DNA of 24,946 bases from an uncultured Candidatus Bathyarchaeia archaeon (GTDB lineage: Archaea; Thermoproteota; Bathyarchaeia; Bathyarchaeales; Bathycorpusculaceae). The translations under genes were made by a program, and so were the position numbers. This document shows, in pieces, positions 16,452 to 24,946 of the stretch. The DNA lies in NCBI GenBank assembly GCA_964450845.1, contig CAYVGZ010000011.1, positions 1 to 24,946 of the forward strand. The letters are read 5' to 3'. Position 1 is the stretch's first letter. The number at the start of each line of letters is the position of its first letter. The notes beneath the pieces were generated by a model. The model saw nothing but the letters and a program-made list of their open reading frames with translations. It had not been told where the DNA came from and ran no database searches.

Positions 16452-17687
16452 GTGATGTCTATGCAATATTCAAGCGTTTTCTCCGAAATTGAAAGGCAAA
16501 AAAACGAAATGGCGCAAACTTTAATGGAACTTATCCGCGTTCCAGCGATTGCTCCAGAAAACAGTGGAGAAGGGGAATCGAGGAAAGCCGAAAAACTAAT
16601 GCAGACATTAGAAGCGGTTGGCTTCGATAAAATAGAACACTTCGACGCTGACGATGAGAGAGTTCCATCTAAAAAACGACCTAATGTCGTGGCTTACTGT
16701 TATGGAGAAAATAAAGCCGAAAAACTCTGGATAATATCTCATTTAGATGTGGTTCCACCGGGAGAAGAGTCTCTTTGGACCATCACAAAACCCTTTGAAC
16801 CAACAATTAAAGAGGAGCGGATTTACGGACGCGGCAGCGAAGACAACGGGCAATCGATGGTTGCATCAATTTTCGCAGTTAAAGCTCTAAAGAATTTGGG
16901 CATGAGACCAAAAAGGACGGTCGCTTTAGCCTTTGTTGCCGATGAAGAACAAGGAAGCACGTATGGAATTCAACACCTCATAAAACAAGGACTTTTCAAA
17001 AAAGACGACTTAATAGTTGTACCTGACGGCGGAAACGAGAATGGAAGCCTTATAGAAATAGCTGAGAAAAGTGCCTTATGGTTTAGGGTGCACACAATTG
17101 GAAAGCAGACTCACGCCAGCAGGCCTAATAAAGGCTTGAATGCCCATCGCATAGGAATGGAATATGCTCTAGCTCTCGACAAAATGTTACACGCGAAATA
17201 TTCACTTAAGGACGAATATTTTGATCCACCAGAAAGCACATTTGAACCGACGAAAAAGGACAAAAACGTTGATGCTGTAAACATTGTCCCAGGGGAAGAC
17301 ATAATCTGCTTCGACTGCCGAGTTCTGCCAAACTATAATATAGAAGAAGTGTTGAATGGCATTCATGGTCTTGCAGAAAAATTTGAAAAGAAAACTGGTG
17401 CGACGATAAAAATTGAGGTTTTGCAGAAAAGTGTTGCTCCAAGACCAACAGACGCCAGCGCGAAAATAGTAAGCATGCTTACGGAAGCAATTAGAAGAGT
17501 GAGAGGAACAGAGCCGAAAGTTGGGGGAATTGGCGGAGGAACATGCGCGGCCTTCTTCAGAAAAATAGACGCTCCAGCAGTTGTCTGGAGCACTATAGAC
17601 GAAACAGCCCACCAACCAAACGAATACGCAAAAATAGAAAACTTACTCAATGACGCTAAAGTCTACGCCTTCTTAATGATTTCCTAA
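16452..17687 (+). CDS. M20 family metallohydrolase (DapE/ArgE-like)
   Basis: SHLDVVP, GRGSEDNG, DEE, HAS, and C-terminal AHQPNEY. Confidence 0.92.
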   Translation: MMSMQYSSVFSEIERQKNEMAQTLMELIRVPAIAPENSGEGESRKAEKLMQTLEAVGFDKIEHFDADDERVPSKKRPNVVAYCYGENKAEKLWIISHLDVVPPGEESLWTITKPFEPTIKEERIYGRGSEDNGQSMVASIFAVKALKNLGMRPKRTVALAFVADEEQGSTYGIQHLIKQGLFKKDDLIVVPDGGNENGSLIEIAEKSALWFRVHTIGKQTHASRPNKGLNAHRIGMEYALALDKMLHAKYSLKDEYFDPPESTFEPTKKDKNVDAVNIVPGEDIICFDCRVLPNYNIEEVLNGIHGLAEKFEKKTGATIKIEVLQKSVAPRPTDASAKIVSMLTEAIRRVRGTEPKVGGIGGGTCAAFFRKIDAPAVVWSTIDETAHQPNEYAKIENLLNDAKVYAFLMIS

Positions 17688-17703
17688 TCCTTTTTGCGCA
17701 AAC

Positions 17704-17710
17704 TTTATAT
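17704..17710 (+). promoter_or_regulatory. TATA box (TTTATAT) of the CbrT-like operon; short leader
   Basis: About 25-30 bp upstream of ATG 17735. Confidence 0.5.
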
Positions 17711-17734
17711 GGCTGGATAATCCATCCAACACTC

Positions 17735-18295
17735 ATGGAACACGCACTCAAAAGTCCTCGTAGAATAGCGCTGATAAGTGTTTTAACAGCCTTATGCTTG
17801 GCTCTTCAGTTGTCTCCGAGACCCCCTAATGTGGAGTTTACTTCACTTTTCACTTTTGTTCTAGGTTTTATCTCCGGGTCCTTTATGGGAATTTTCTTTG
17901 GTAGTTTTGTAATGTTTGTTAATGGGTTCATTTCGCCATGGGGATTTGCGGGTCTAATGATGCCTTTTCAGATTGTGGGAATGGCTTTAGTGGGCTTGGC
18001 TGGAGGTTTATACAGAAAGTATTCACAAAACTACATTAGCTCAGCTAAATTCTACCTTGAAGTGGCTGTTCTAGGAGCATTTCTCACAGTAGTCTACGAC
18101 CTCATAACCAATTTTGCAGTAGCCCTACCCATGATGACTGCAATGCATCCTGCTTTGGCAGTGATGACTGCTCTGGCTTATGGCACACCTTTTTCTCTAG
18201 TACATGTGATTTCCAACATTGCAGTGTTTGGGGTAGTCTTCTTCCCAGTAATAAAAGCATTAAACAATGTGTTGATGGTGAAAAACCTTGGTTGA
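17735..18295 (+). CDS. ECF S component, CbrT-like (predicted cobamide-specific)
   Basis: RRIALISVLTALCLALQ...PNVEFT resembles the CbrT N-terminus (RIA...PNVQP). About 6 TM. Overlaps the DUF4430 gene. Confidence 0.7.
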   Translation: MEHALKSPRRIALISVLTALCLALQLSPRPPNVEFTSLFTFVLGFISGSFMGIFFGSFVMFVNGFISPWGFAGLMMPFQIVGMALVGLAGGLYRKYSQNYISSAKFYLEVAVLGAFLTVVYDLITNFAVALPMMTAMHPALAVMTALAYGTPFSLVHVISNIAVFGVVFFPVIKALNNVLMVKNLG

Positions 18296-19124
18296 AAAAA
18301 GAGTGTTCTTATTTGCGAGTTTAGCTATGTTTGTTTGGGCAGTTTTAGCTTCAAGCGTCGCAGGATTTTTCTATTTGCAAAATACGATGAATAGTGAACA
18401 AATCTCTGAAAATCAAAAATCACTAAACACTATGGCAACCACTTATAATGAAGCGATGGCCAAGTATGATGGGTTATTAAGCGATTATTCCTTTCTGTAT
18501 GGAAATTACTCGTTTCCACTAAATACTAATTTTACTTTACTTACGAATTCATTCCTAACTTTACTACACAACGTGAAAGGAAACTTTAGTTCCCTTTTAA
18601 CAGAACAGAAAGACCTAAATGAAACTCATTATGCGCTACAGAGTGAATCTGAAATACTTCTTCTTAGGGGCAATGTGACAAGAGAAGAATTCGGAGAATT
18701 ACTGGATGAATGCTACGAATTTTTAAATCTCGTTGTAATCCGAGAACTTAGCAAAACAATAAGCGAAATTACGACATTGACTGTGAACATTTGCATTGAT
18801 TACGGAAATGGAACAGTAGAGTGGCACAATAAAACTGTAATACCTGCAGGCTCTTCGCTATTTCAATTGACACAAAACGTCGCAACAGTTAACTTCACTT
18901 ATGATGCTTTAATGAAGCCAGGACATATTCGCGTAACTTCAATTAACGATAAGACGGAATACACAACTTCTACATTCAGCGGTTCTGAAGGAGCCGCTTG
19001 GTTATGGTATTATTGGAATGACGATAAACAAGAATGGGTCTTTGGACCTGTAGGTTGTGACGCTTGGATGCTGAAAGATGGCGGCACCTATAAGTGGAAC
19101 TTTGAACATTGGCATTGGCCATAA
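18288..19124 (+). CDS. Membrane-anchored surface protein with helical stalk and C-terminal DUF4430 (transcobalamin beta-like) domain
   Basis: N-terminal TM and 8 N-x-S/T sequons. C-terminal VTSIN...WLWYYWN...VGCDAWMLKDG...W pattern. Confidence 0.7.
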   Translation: MVEKRVFLFASLAMFVWAVLASSVAGFFYLQNTMNSEQISENQKSLNTMATTYNEAMAKYDGLLSDYSFLYGNYSFPLNTNFTLLTNSFLTLLHNVKGNFSSLLTEQKDLNETHYALQSESEILLLRGNVTREEFGELLDECYEFLNLVVIRELSKTISEITTLTVNICIDYGNGTVEWHNKTVIPAGSSLFQLTQNVATVNFTYDALMKPGHIRVTSINDKTEYTTSTFSGSEGAAWLWYYWNDDKQEWVFGPVGCDAWMLKDGGTYKWNFEHWHWP

Positions 19125-19180
19125 TAGTTTTTAAAGGATAAATACGCTCATAATAGTCTATTCTTTAAGGTGTCTCAACT

Positions 19181-19876
19181 ATGAGCACAGTATCCGAAAT
19201 CTTCGACAAGGTAAAGAAAGAAAAGAGAAAGTTTTTGCTTGAACCAGAAGCCAAAACTGTATGCCTAAAATGTGGAATTCCAGTCACCAACTTTAAAGTA
19301 GCCAAAAATGAAGCAGAGGCTGTCAAGTTTGCAGAGGAAATAGGGTATCCAGTGGTTTTGAAGATTGTTTCGCCAGACATAATTCACAAATCAGATGTTG
19401 GCGGCGTCGTAGTTGGATTGAAGGATGCACAAGCGGTTCAGAACGCTTACAAGCAGATTTTGAAAAATGTTAAGAAACATAAGGCGAACGCAAAAATTGT
19501 GGGTGTGCTTGTGCAGGAGATGGCTCCGTCATCTACGGAAGTCATAGTAGGCGCTATTAAAGACCCACAGTTTGGTCCCGCGCTAATGTTTGGGCTCGGC
19601 GGAATCTTTGTAGAAGTTCTTAAAGACGTGACTTTCAGGGTTGCGCCAATAACAAGGGATGAAGCCTGCGAAATGATTACTGAAGTTAAGGCTTACCCGT
19701 TGCTGAAGGGATACAGGAATCAACCTCCAGCAGATATAGAAGCCATAGTGCAAATTCTGCTGAACACTTCAAGGCTTGTCATGGAGCATCAAGAGATTAA
19801 AGAGCTTGACCTAAACCCTATAATGGTTTATGAGAAGGGAGCAAAAACAGTAGATGCAAGAATTGTTCTCGAATAA
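19181..19876 (+). CDS. acdB: ADP-forming acetyl-CoA synthetase beta subunit (ATP-grasp)
   Basis: LLEPEAK, GYPVVLKIVSPDIIHKSDVGGV, DPQFGP, FGLGGIFVEVLKD and LDLNP motifs. Confidence 0.93.
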   Translation: MSTVSEIFDKVKKEKRKFLLEPEAKTVCLKCGIPVTNFKVAKNEAEAVKFAEEIGYPVVLKIVSPDIIHKSDVGGVVVGLKDAQAVQNAYKQILKNVKKHKANAKIVGVLVQEMAPSSTEVIVGAIKDPQFGPALMFGLGGIFVEVLKDVTFRVAPITRDEACEMITEVKAYPLLKGYRNQPPADIEAIVQILLNTSRLVMEHQEIKELDLNPIMVYEKGAKTVDARIVLE

Positions 19877-19923
19877 GCCAGGTACTGAATAAGATGTCAT
19901 TGACTCTATGTATGCAACGGCGC

Positions 19924-19952
19924 TAGAGTCCCTCTATTTGGAGCCAAATGTG
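19924..19952. repeat. Intergenic palindromic motif, copy 2 (TAGAGTCCCTCTATTTGGAGCCAAATGTG)
   Basis: Contains perfect inverted repeats TAGAG/CTCTA and ATTTGG/CCAAAT. 23/29 identical to 2604-2632. Confidence 0.5.
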
Positions 19953-20002
19953 CTTTTGGTTATAGGTTTGTGAAGGCGAAGTTTTATCGAAATTAGGCGA
20001 AC

Positions 20003-20440
20003 TCAACCCAGATACATGTAGACCAGACATCCTATCAATATCCAGAACGTTAACGTCACCACAAATCCCATCTTTCTGTTTCTGTTGAAGGAAACGCCTA
20101 TCATACTGAACTCAGCAGCATAGAAGATTATAATGTAAGCGACATGAATTGCCAGAATTTCTCTGAATGGGATTGCAAAAATGTAGTCGAGTAGCAATTC
20201 CGCAAAGAGGTAAAGGAGAATCACTAGATGAGATATCACTATCTTCTTTTCCGCCTTTTCTCTTACATATCCTAGCAACGTGAAAGTGAAAGGAAATATG
20301 AGAGAAAGGACAATAGCACCACACACCCACAAGAGTAGCAAATTGTCAAGTTTTGTTGCAATGTACAAAAAACTCACTGAAATGTTGAAGACGATAGCGG
20401 AGCAAACGAAGACAATGTCCAATAATCTACTCATTGCCAA
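20003..20440 (-). CDS. Hypothetical membrane protein (~5 TM)
   Basis: Hydrophobic ORF filling the gap between flanking genes. Start is TTG 20440 or ATG 20434; GAGGA lies upstream. Confidence 0.75.
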   Translation of the reverse strand: MAMSRLLDIVFVCSAIVFNISVSFLYIATKLDNLLLLWVCGAIVLSLIFPFTFTLLGYVREKAEKKIVISHLVILLYLFAELLLDYIFAIPFREILAIHVAYIIIFYAAEFSMIGVSFNRNRKMGFVVTLTFWILIGCLVYMYLG

Positions 20441-20589
20441 TTCCGTTCGTCATTCCTCATCTGATAGTCGTCTTGGTTCAAATATATCTATTCCAAATCC
20501 ATCGTCGTTTTGGTTGGTTGAGGTAAAGTTTTATCCAACGCGCGAGTGTTAGTTCAAAAGAGAGGTTCAGCGGGCGGGTTGATTGAAAG

Positions 20590-21063
20590 ATGACAAGAAA
20601 AGGCTTCGAATTACTCGGGTTTTGCGGTGTCTACTGCGGAGCTTGCACTACTTACAGAGCCTACAACGACAACGACCAAGCCTTGGTAGAATTGGAAATC
20701 AGAATGGGAATGCCGAGGGAAGAAATAATCTGCAAGGGCTGTCGCTCAGACCTTGTCAACAAATGGTGTTCTGAATGTAAGTTCAGAAAATGCATAGAAA
20801 GTAGGAAAATCGAAAATTGCTTCCAGTGCGATATCTTCCCCTGCAAAATGCTCGTTGATTTCGGCAAAACAAGACCACACAGAACGCTGGGTCTGAAAAA
20901 TCTTATCCAACTAAAAAGCACCAGCTTTGAAAAATGGTTGAAAGAGCAAGAAAAGCGCTGGACATGCCCCTCCTGCGGGAAAAAGTTACATTGGTATGCT
21001 GAAAAGTGCCCAAAATGTGGAGCAAAATTCCTGACCGCAACGCAAGAAGTAAGCTTGCACTAG
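20590..21063 (+). CDS. DUF3795 family Cys-rich protein with C-terminal Zn ribbon
   Basis: CGVYCGAC, CKGC, ENCFQCDIFPC and RWTCPSCG...CPKCG motifs. Confidence 0.85.
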   Translation: MTRKGFELLGFCGVYCGACTTYRAYNDNDQALVELEIRMGMPREEIICKGCRSDLVNKWCSECKFRKCIESRKIENCFQCDIFPCKMLVDFGKTRPHRTLGLKNLIQLKSTSFEKWLKEQEKRWTCPSCGKKLHWYAEKCPKCGAKFLTATQEVSLH

Positions 21064-21073
21064 CATGCACCTG

Positions 21074-21089
21074 TTTTTTTCGTTTTTTT
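21074..21089 (+). terminator. Archaeal oligo-T terminator
   Basis: T7-CG-T7 starting 11 nt after the DUF3795 stop. Confidence 0.55.
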
Positions 21090-21176
21090 GCTGGTTGGAT
21101 TAGATTTTAACGCTTGGGTCTGAGGATAAAACTTAACTTCAGAAAGAACGTGAAAAAGATGGTAGGTGTTTGTAAA

Positions 21177-22220
21177 TTGTCTAAAGAGATTGCGCTTCTT
21201 GAAAAGCTGTCAAACGCTTTTGGACCTTCTGGAAATGAAGAGGACATAGCTGAAATTCTCAAAGACGAGCTTAAAGAATACGCGGATGAAACAAGCGTTG
21301 ACAAGCTTGGAAACATATTCTTCTACCACAACGGAAAAAATGGATACCCCAAAATTATGCTTTCAGCTCACATGGACGAAGTAGGCTTCATCATCACCTT
21401 CATAGAAGAAAACGGCTTCCTCCGTTTCGACACGCTTGGTGGCATAACAAGCAACATCATGCTTGGACAGCGAATACTCCTCCGAGGAGACAAAGGATAC
21501 CTTAAAGGAATAATTGGAACCAAACCTCCCCACATCATGACGCCTGAAGAACAAAACAAAATCATACCCAAAGAAGACCTCTTCATAGACATAGGAGCCG
21601 ACAGCATCAACCAAGCACAAGAAAAAGGAGCAGATGTAGGAACAATGGGCGTTTTTGAGGTTGAGTTCGCAGACTTAGGAAACGGATACTTCAGAGGCAA
21701 AGCATTTGACGATAGAGCCGGATGCACAGTACTCGCGGAAGTGTTTAAGCTCACGAAGGATTCTCCATATAATATTGTAGCCGTTGGATCCGTCCAAGAA
21801 GAGCTTGGGATGAGAGGAGCAAGAACCGCGGCCTGGCAGGTAGACCCGGACTATGGACTTGCCTTGGAGGGAACATTCGTAGCGGACGTCCCGAACACCA
21901 GACCAGATAGAGTCTCGTCCAAGATTAAAGGTGGCCCTGTCGTTACAATATTAGACAGAACAGCTTTCACTCATCCCATAATTCTTAAAACATTGATCAA
22001 AGTGGGAAGGAAAAAATCAATACCCTTCCAGTTCAAAAAAGTGCCAGTGGGTGGCACAGACGCAGGCGCAATTCATTTAACAAGAGCAGGCGTGCCAAGT
22101 GGAACTGTAGCCGTGCCTTGCAGATACATCCATGGACCAGCTTCAATCGTACACATCGACGATTTGAAGAATACCATACAGCTAGTAACTGAATTTGTGA
22201 AAACAATCTCGTCAAAATAA
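21177..22220 (+). CDS. M42 family aminopeptidase (TET type)
   Basis: GPSGNE, SAHMDEVG, KAFDDRAG, VQEELG, GGTDA and RYIH motifs. TTG 21177 preferred (GGTG upstream); alternatives are 21159 and 21114. Confidence 0.93.
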   Translation: MSKEIALLEKLSNAFGPSGNEEDIAEILKDELKEYADETSVDKLGNIFFYHNGKNGYPKIMLSAHMDEVGFIITFIEENGFLRFDTLGGITSNIMLGQRILLRGDKGYLKGIIGTKPPHIMTPEEQNKIIPKEDLFIDIGADSINQAQEKGADVGTMGVFEVEFADLGNGYFRGKAFDDRAGCTVLAEVFKLTKDSPYNIVAVGSVQEELGMRGARTAAWQVDPDYGLALEGTFVADVPNTRPDRVSSKIKGGPVVTILDRTAFTHPIILKTLIKVGRKKSIPFQFKKVPVGGTDAGAIHLTRAGVPSGTVAVPCRYIHGPASIVHIDDLKNTIQLVTEFVKTISSK

Positions 22221-22335
22221 CCGCGCACGATAAAATTTAAAATCAAACACCTACTGGATAACAGAGTTGTAATCCGGCAAAAGTTAATCAAGCAGATTTT
22301 AAAATGGACAAGAAAGGCAAAGAGGAAAGAAATAG

Positions 22336-23202
22336 TTGTCCCAGCAACAAAAAATCGAGGAACTAGCCCAAAAACTTTCAGTGCTAAAAAACCAGAAAGA
22401 CAAGCTAAATGTCGAAGCAAGAGAGTGGGCTGAAAAACGAAACAAGCTAAATGAACAGTTCAAGAGCTTACGCAGTGAAGCCTTTGAACTTAAAAACGAA
22501 CGAGACAAGTTGAATGAGAGGGTTAAAGAACTAAAACAGCAAAGAGATGGAACGAGAACAGAATTCCGTGAAAAAATTGAAGAGATAAGGAAAATAAATC
22601 AAGAAATTAAAGCCCTAGCTAAGAAAGAACCCTCGAGAAGTGCTGAAAACCTACAAAAAGAGTTTGACAGTATAGAATGGAAAATTCAAACGTCATCCCT
22701 AAGCCTAAAAGAGGAGAAGGAACTTGTAGAGCGGGTTAAACAGCTAGAAACTCGGTTGAACGTTTATAGAAAACTTGACCAGCTAAACCAAAAAATTATC
22801 GAGTTAAAAGCAGAACTTAAAATTCTTGAAACCAAAAGCAGAGTGTCTCATGAGAAACTAACGGAAACAGCACTAAAAAGCCAGCAAATTCATGAAAAAA
22901 TGCTGGATAAAATTGATGCGTCAAAAAAACTTAAAACAGAAGCCGACAGCCTACATAAACTCTTCCTGCAAACAAAAGAAATGGCAAAACCTATTCAAGA
23001 AGAAATTTTGGAAATTTCAAATCAACTAAAAGGACTAAAAGAGGAAATTCAAAGGGAGGAAGATAAAGAGAAGAAGAAAATTGAGGAAGCCCTTCGTGAA
23101 AAGCTTGAAAAACAGGCAAGGGAAAAATTAAGACAAGGACAAAAATTAACTTGGGAAGAATTCCAACTCCTCGCTGAGAAGGGAACTGTAGCGCAAGATT
23201 AA
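22336..23202 (+). CDS. Archaeal coiled-coil protein (COG1340-like)
   Basis: Heptad-rich throughout, with the IEWKIQTSSLSLKEEKELV motif and C-terminal KLTWEEFQLL. Confidence 0.8.
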   Translation: MSQQQKIEELAQKLSVLKNQKDKLNVEAREWAEKRNKLNEQFKSLRSEAFELKNERDKLNERVKELKQQRDGTRTEFREKIEEIRKINQEIKALAKKEPSRSAENLQKEFDSIEWKIQTSSLSLKEEKELVERVKQLETRLNVYRKLDQLNQKIIELKAELKILETKSRVSHEKLTETALKSQQIHEKMLDKIDASKKLKTEADSLHKLFLQTKEMAKPIQEEILEISNQLKGLKEEIQREEDKEKKKIEEALREKLEKQAREKLRQGQKLTWEEFQLLAEKGTVAQD

Positions 23203-23243
23203 AGTGAGGCACCATGAATAAGTATTGAGGAACAGAGAGCCAA

Positions 23244-24419
23244 ATGGCTAAGGAAGAACCCGCAAAGAAGAAACAAAAGCGAATCTTTATTTTATGTGTA
23301 GACAGGGATGATGATTTAGGAGCAAAAGCAGGAGTTAAAACCCCTATCGTTGGAAGAGAAGAAAATTTAAACGCCGCAGTAGCCCTAGCTTTACGGGATC
23401 CAGAAGAGCCAGATGCAAATGCGATTTTCGAGGCAGTACGCATATATGACCGCCTACTAGGCGAAGGCAAATCAGAAGAAGTTTTTAAAATAGCGACTAT
23501 ATCTGGCTCTGAACTTGGCTGGGTTGAAGCAGACAGAAAAATAGTTGCTGAGCTAAACGAATTATTGGGTTCTTTTCCCGCAAATGAAGTTATTCTAGTT
23601 ACGGATGGTTATTCAGATGAGGCAGTTTTGCCCCTTGTAGAGTCTAGAGTACCAGTTTCATCGGTTAGAAGAATAGTAGTGAGACACAGTCAATCAATTG
23701 AGGAAACAGCCGCCCTCTTCACGCGATACTTGAAAATGATTATGGAGAACCCGCGTTACTCCCGCATAGCGCTGGGTTTACCTGGATTACTCTTCTTGAT
23801 TTTAGGAGTTCTCTCAATTTTCAATTTGCTTTATTATTATTGGATAGCCTTCATTTTCGTCTTTAGCGCATTCATGCTCGTGAAAGGCTTTGGAGTTGAC
23901 AAGACAGTTGAAAACTTCATTAAATGGATGAAAGAATATTCTCCGCCACCCCTTCCAGTTCAGATTTCAAATTACTCTACAGTTGCAGGGTTCTTATGCA
24001 TTATAGTTGGCATTTACTTGGGAACAACAAAAATTCCAATACCAACAGACATTGCCAGTTGGATCAGCGATTTTCCGCGGATCATCGGTTTTTTCATCCA
24101 AGGTTCCATGGACCTCATAGTTGTGGGCGTTTGTGTAGTGCTTTTTGGAAGAGCTATACGTTGGTATTTCGAACATGACATAAAGCTACTGCGTAATACA
24201 GCTGTGATGGTTACTGTTGCGTGGTCTCGGTGGATTCTTGCAGGAACTGCCGAAGCATTAATTACACAAGGGATGAGCTATGAAAAACTTATTTTCTCCG
24301 TAATCGTCGGCGTCTTAATAGGCATCGCCTCAGTTCTGGTTGTGTTTGTCATCTACAGATCTGCTAGGGGATTTTTCAGGAAGACTGAAGAGCGGGTTGA
24401 AGAGTTTGGAGAAGGTTAA
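23244..24419 (+). CDS. DUF373 family membrane protein
   Basis: LCVDRDDDLG, DPEEPDAN, VTDGYSDE and VRHSQSIE motifs, followed by a TM region. Confidence 0.9.
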   Translation: MAKEEPAKKKQKRIFILCVDRDDDLGAKAGVKTPIVGREENLNAAVALALRDPEEPDANAIFEAVRIYDRLLGEGKSEEVFKIATISGSELGWVEADRKIVAELNELLGSFPANEVILVTDGYSDEAVLPLVESRVPVSSVRRIVVRHSQSIEETAALFTRYLKMIMENPRYSRIALGLPGLLFLILGVLSIFNLLYYYWIAFIFVFSAFMLVKGFGVDKTVENFIKWMKEYSPPPLPVQISNYSTVAGFLCIIVGIYLGTTKIPIPTDIASWISDFPRIIGFFIQGSMDLIVVGVCVVLFGRAIRWYFEHDIKLLRNTAVMVTVAWSRWILAGTAEALITQGMSYEKLIFSVIVGVLIGIASVLVVFVIYRSARGFFRKTEERVEEFGEG

Positions 24420-24946
24420 AGTTGCAGTTATTGGTGGAACGGGCTTCAAAGGTTTGTTTGATGACGCTGAGCAACTACGTTTGGGAACACCTTATGGAAT
24501 TGCTCCACCATTGTTAATTGGGAGAATAGATGGTAAAGAAGTTGTTTTTCTTCCGAGACACGGTCCAAATCATTCTGTTCCCCCGCATAGAATTAACTAT
24601 AGGGCAAACGTTTATGTATTATATACGATGGGTGTGGAAAGAATAATCGCTGTAAACGCGGTTGGCGCCATAAACCGCAATTTCAAACCAGGCGATGTTG
24701 TTATTCCTCATGATTTTATTGACTTCACAAAACTTCGCTGTACTACCTTTTATGACGAAAGCCCAGTGACGCATGTCGATGTTTCTCAGCCTTATTGCCC
24801 TGAATTACGCAAGCTGCTTAGTGAAGCTGCAAGAAAACTTGGGCTGCGGTTGTGGGATAGGGCTGTGCTGGTTTGTACTGAAGGACCACGTTTTGAAACT
24901 CCTGCAGAAATTGAAATGTTTAGGCGGTTAGGCTGCGATGTTGTTG
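24406..24946 (+). CDS. mtnP: S-methyl-5'-thioadenosine/inosine phosphorylase (partial, runs off the window; not in the ORF track)
   Basis: TTG start, then EKVKVAVIGGTG, LPRHG, HRINYRAN, NAVG and TEGPRFETPAEI. Confidence 0.9.
   Translation, partial: MEKVKVAVIGGTGFKGLFDDAEQLRLGTPYGIAPPLLIGRIDGKEVVFLPRHGPNHSVPPHRINYRANVYVLYTMGVERIIAVNAVGAINRNFKPGDVVIPHDFIDFTKLRCTTFYDESPVTHVDVSQPYCPELRKLLSEAARKLGLRLWDRAVLVCTEGPRFETPAEIEMFRRLGCDVV

Noticed and set aside
20481-20498. Possible third copy of the intergenic palindrome (TCTTGGTTCAAATATATC)
   Set aside because: Only about 9 of 16 positions match and it doubles as a TATA region; too weak.
22991-23470. 159-aa minus-strand ORF and the other short antisense ORFs in the track
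   Set aside because: They lie opposite well-supported genes and lack family motifs, so they are shadow ORFs.
1-24946. CRISPR array, rRNA, defence system, selenocysteine/pyrrolysine readthrough or programmed frameshift
   Set aside because: No regularly spaced repeats or rRNA-like sequence were seen. All recognised genes except DUF763 and the two window-edge partials appear full length in one frame.

Overview
Archaeal chromosomal window, most likely Bathyarchaeia (TACK). This is inferred from gene content, the integrase tail type and the Lrp/AsnC paralog style; it was not tested by search. Bases 1 to ~2100 are the right end of a more GC-rich integrated element. It carries a Cys-rich Zn-finger ORF, a small Sm/Hfq-like ORF and an intact tyrosine integrase with an N-terminal Zn ribbon. 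The element ends at a clear inverted-repeat recombination core (2090-2118) inside a DUF763 gene, which is cut off by a TAA supplied by the element arm. The rest is host backbone, in order: two ABC-2 exporter pairs; an ECF S-component/pantoate kinase/PPAT operon; bifunctional riboflavin kinase regulator (RbkR); a dph5-DUF357-ribL-rhomboid operon; an intron-containing tRNA-Lys(CUU); a prenyltransferase-fold gene; Lrp/AsnC; a core (MetE-like) methionine synthase; HtpX; an M20 hydrolase; a CbrT-like S component plus DUF4430 surface protein; ADP-forming acetyl-CoA synthetase beta; DUF3795; M42 aminopeptidase; COG1340 coiled-coil protein; DUF373; and a partial MTAP. Family names come from motif recognition from memory, not from database searches.
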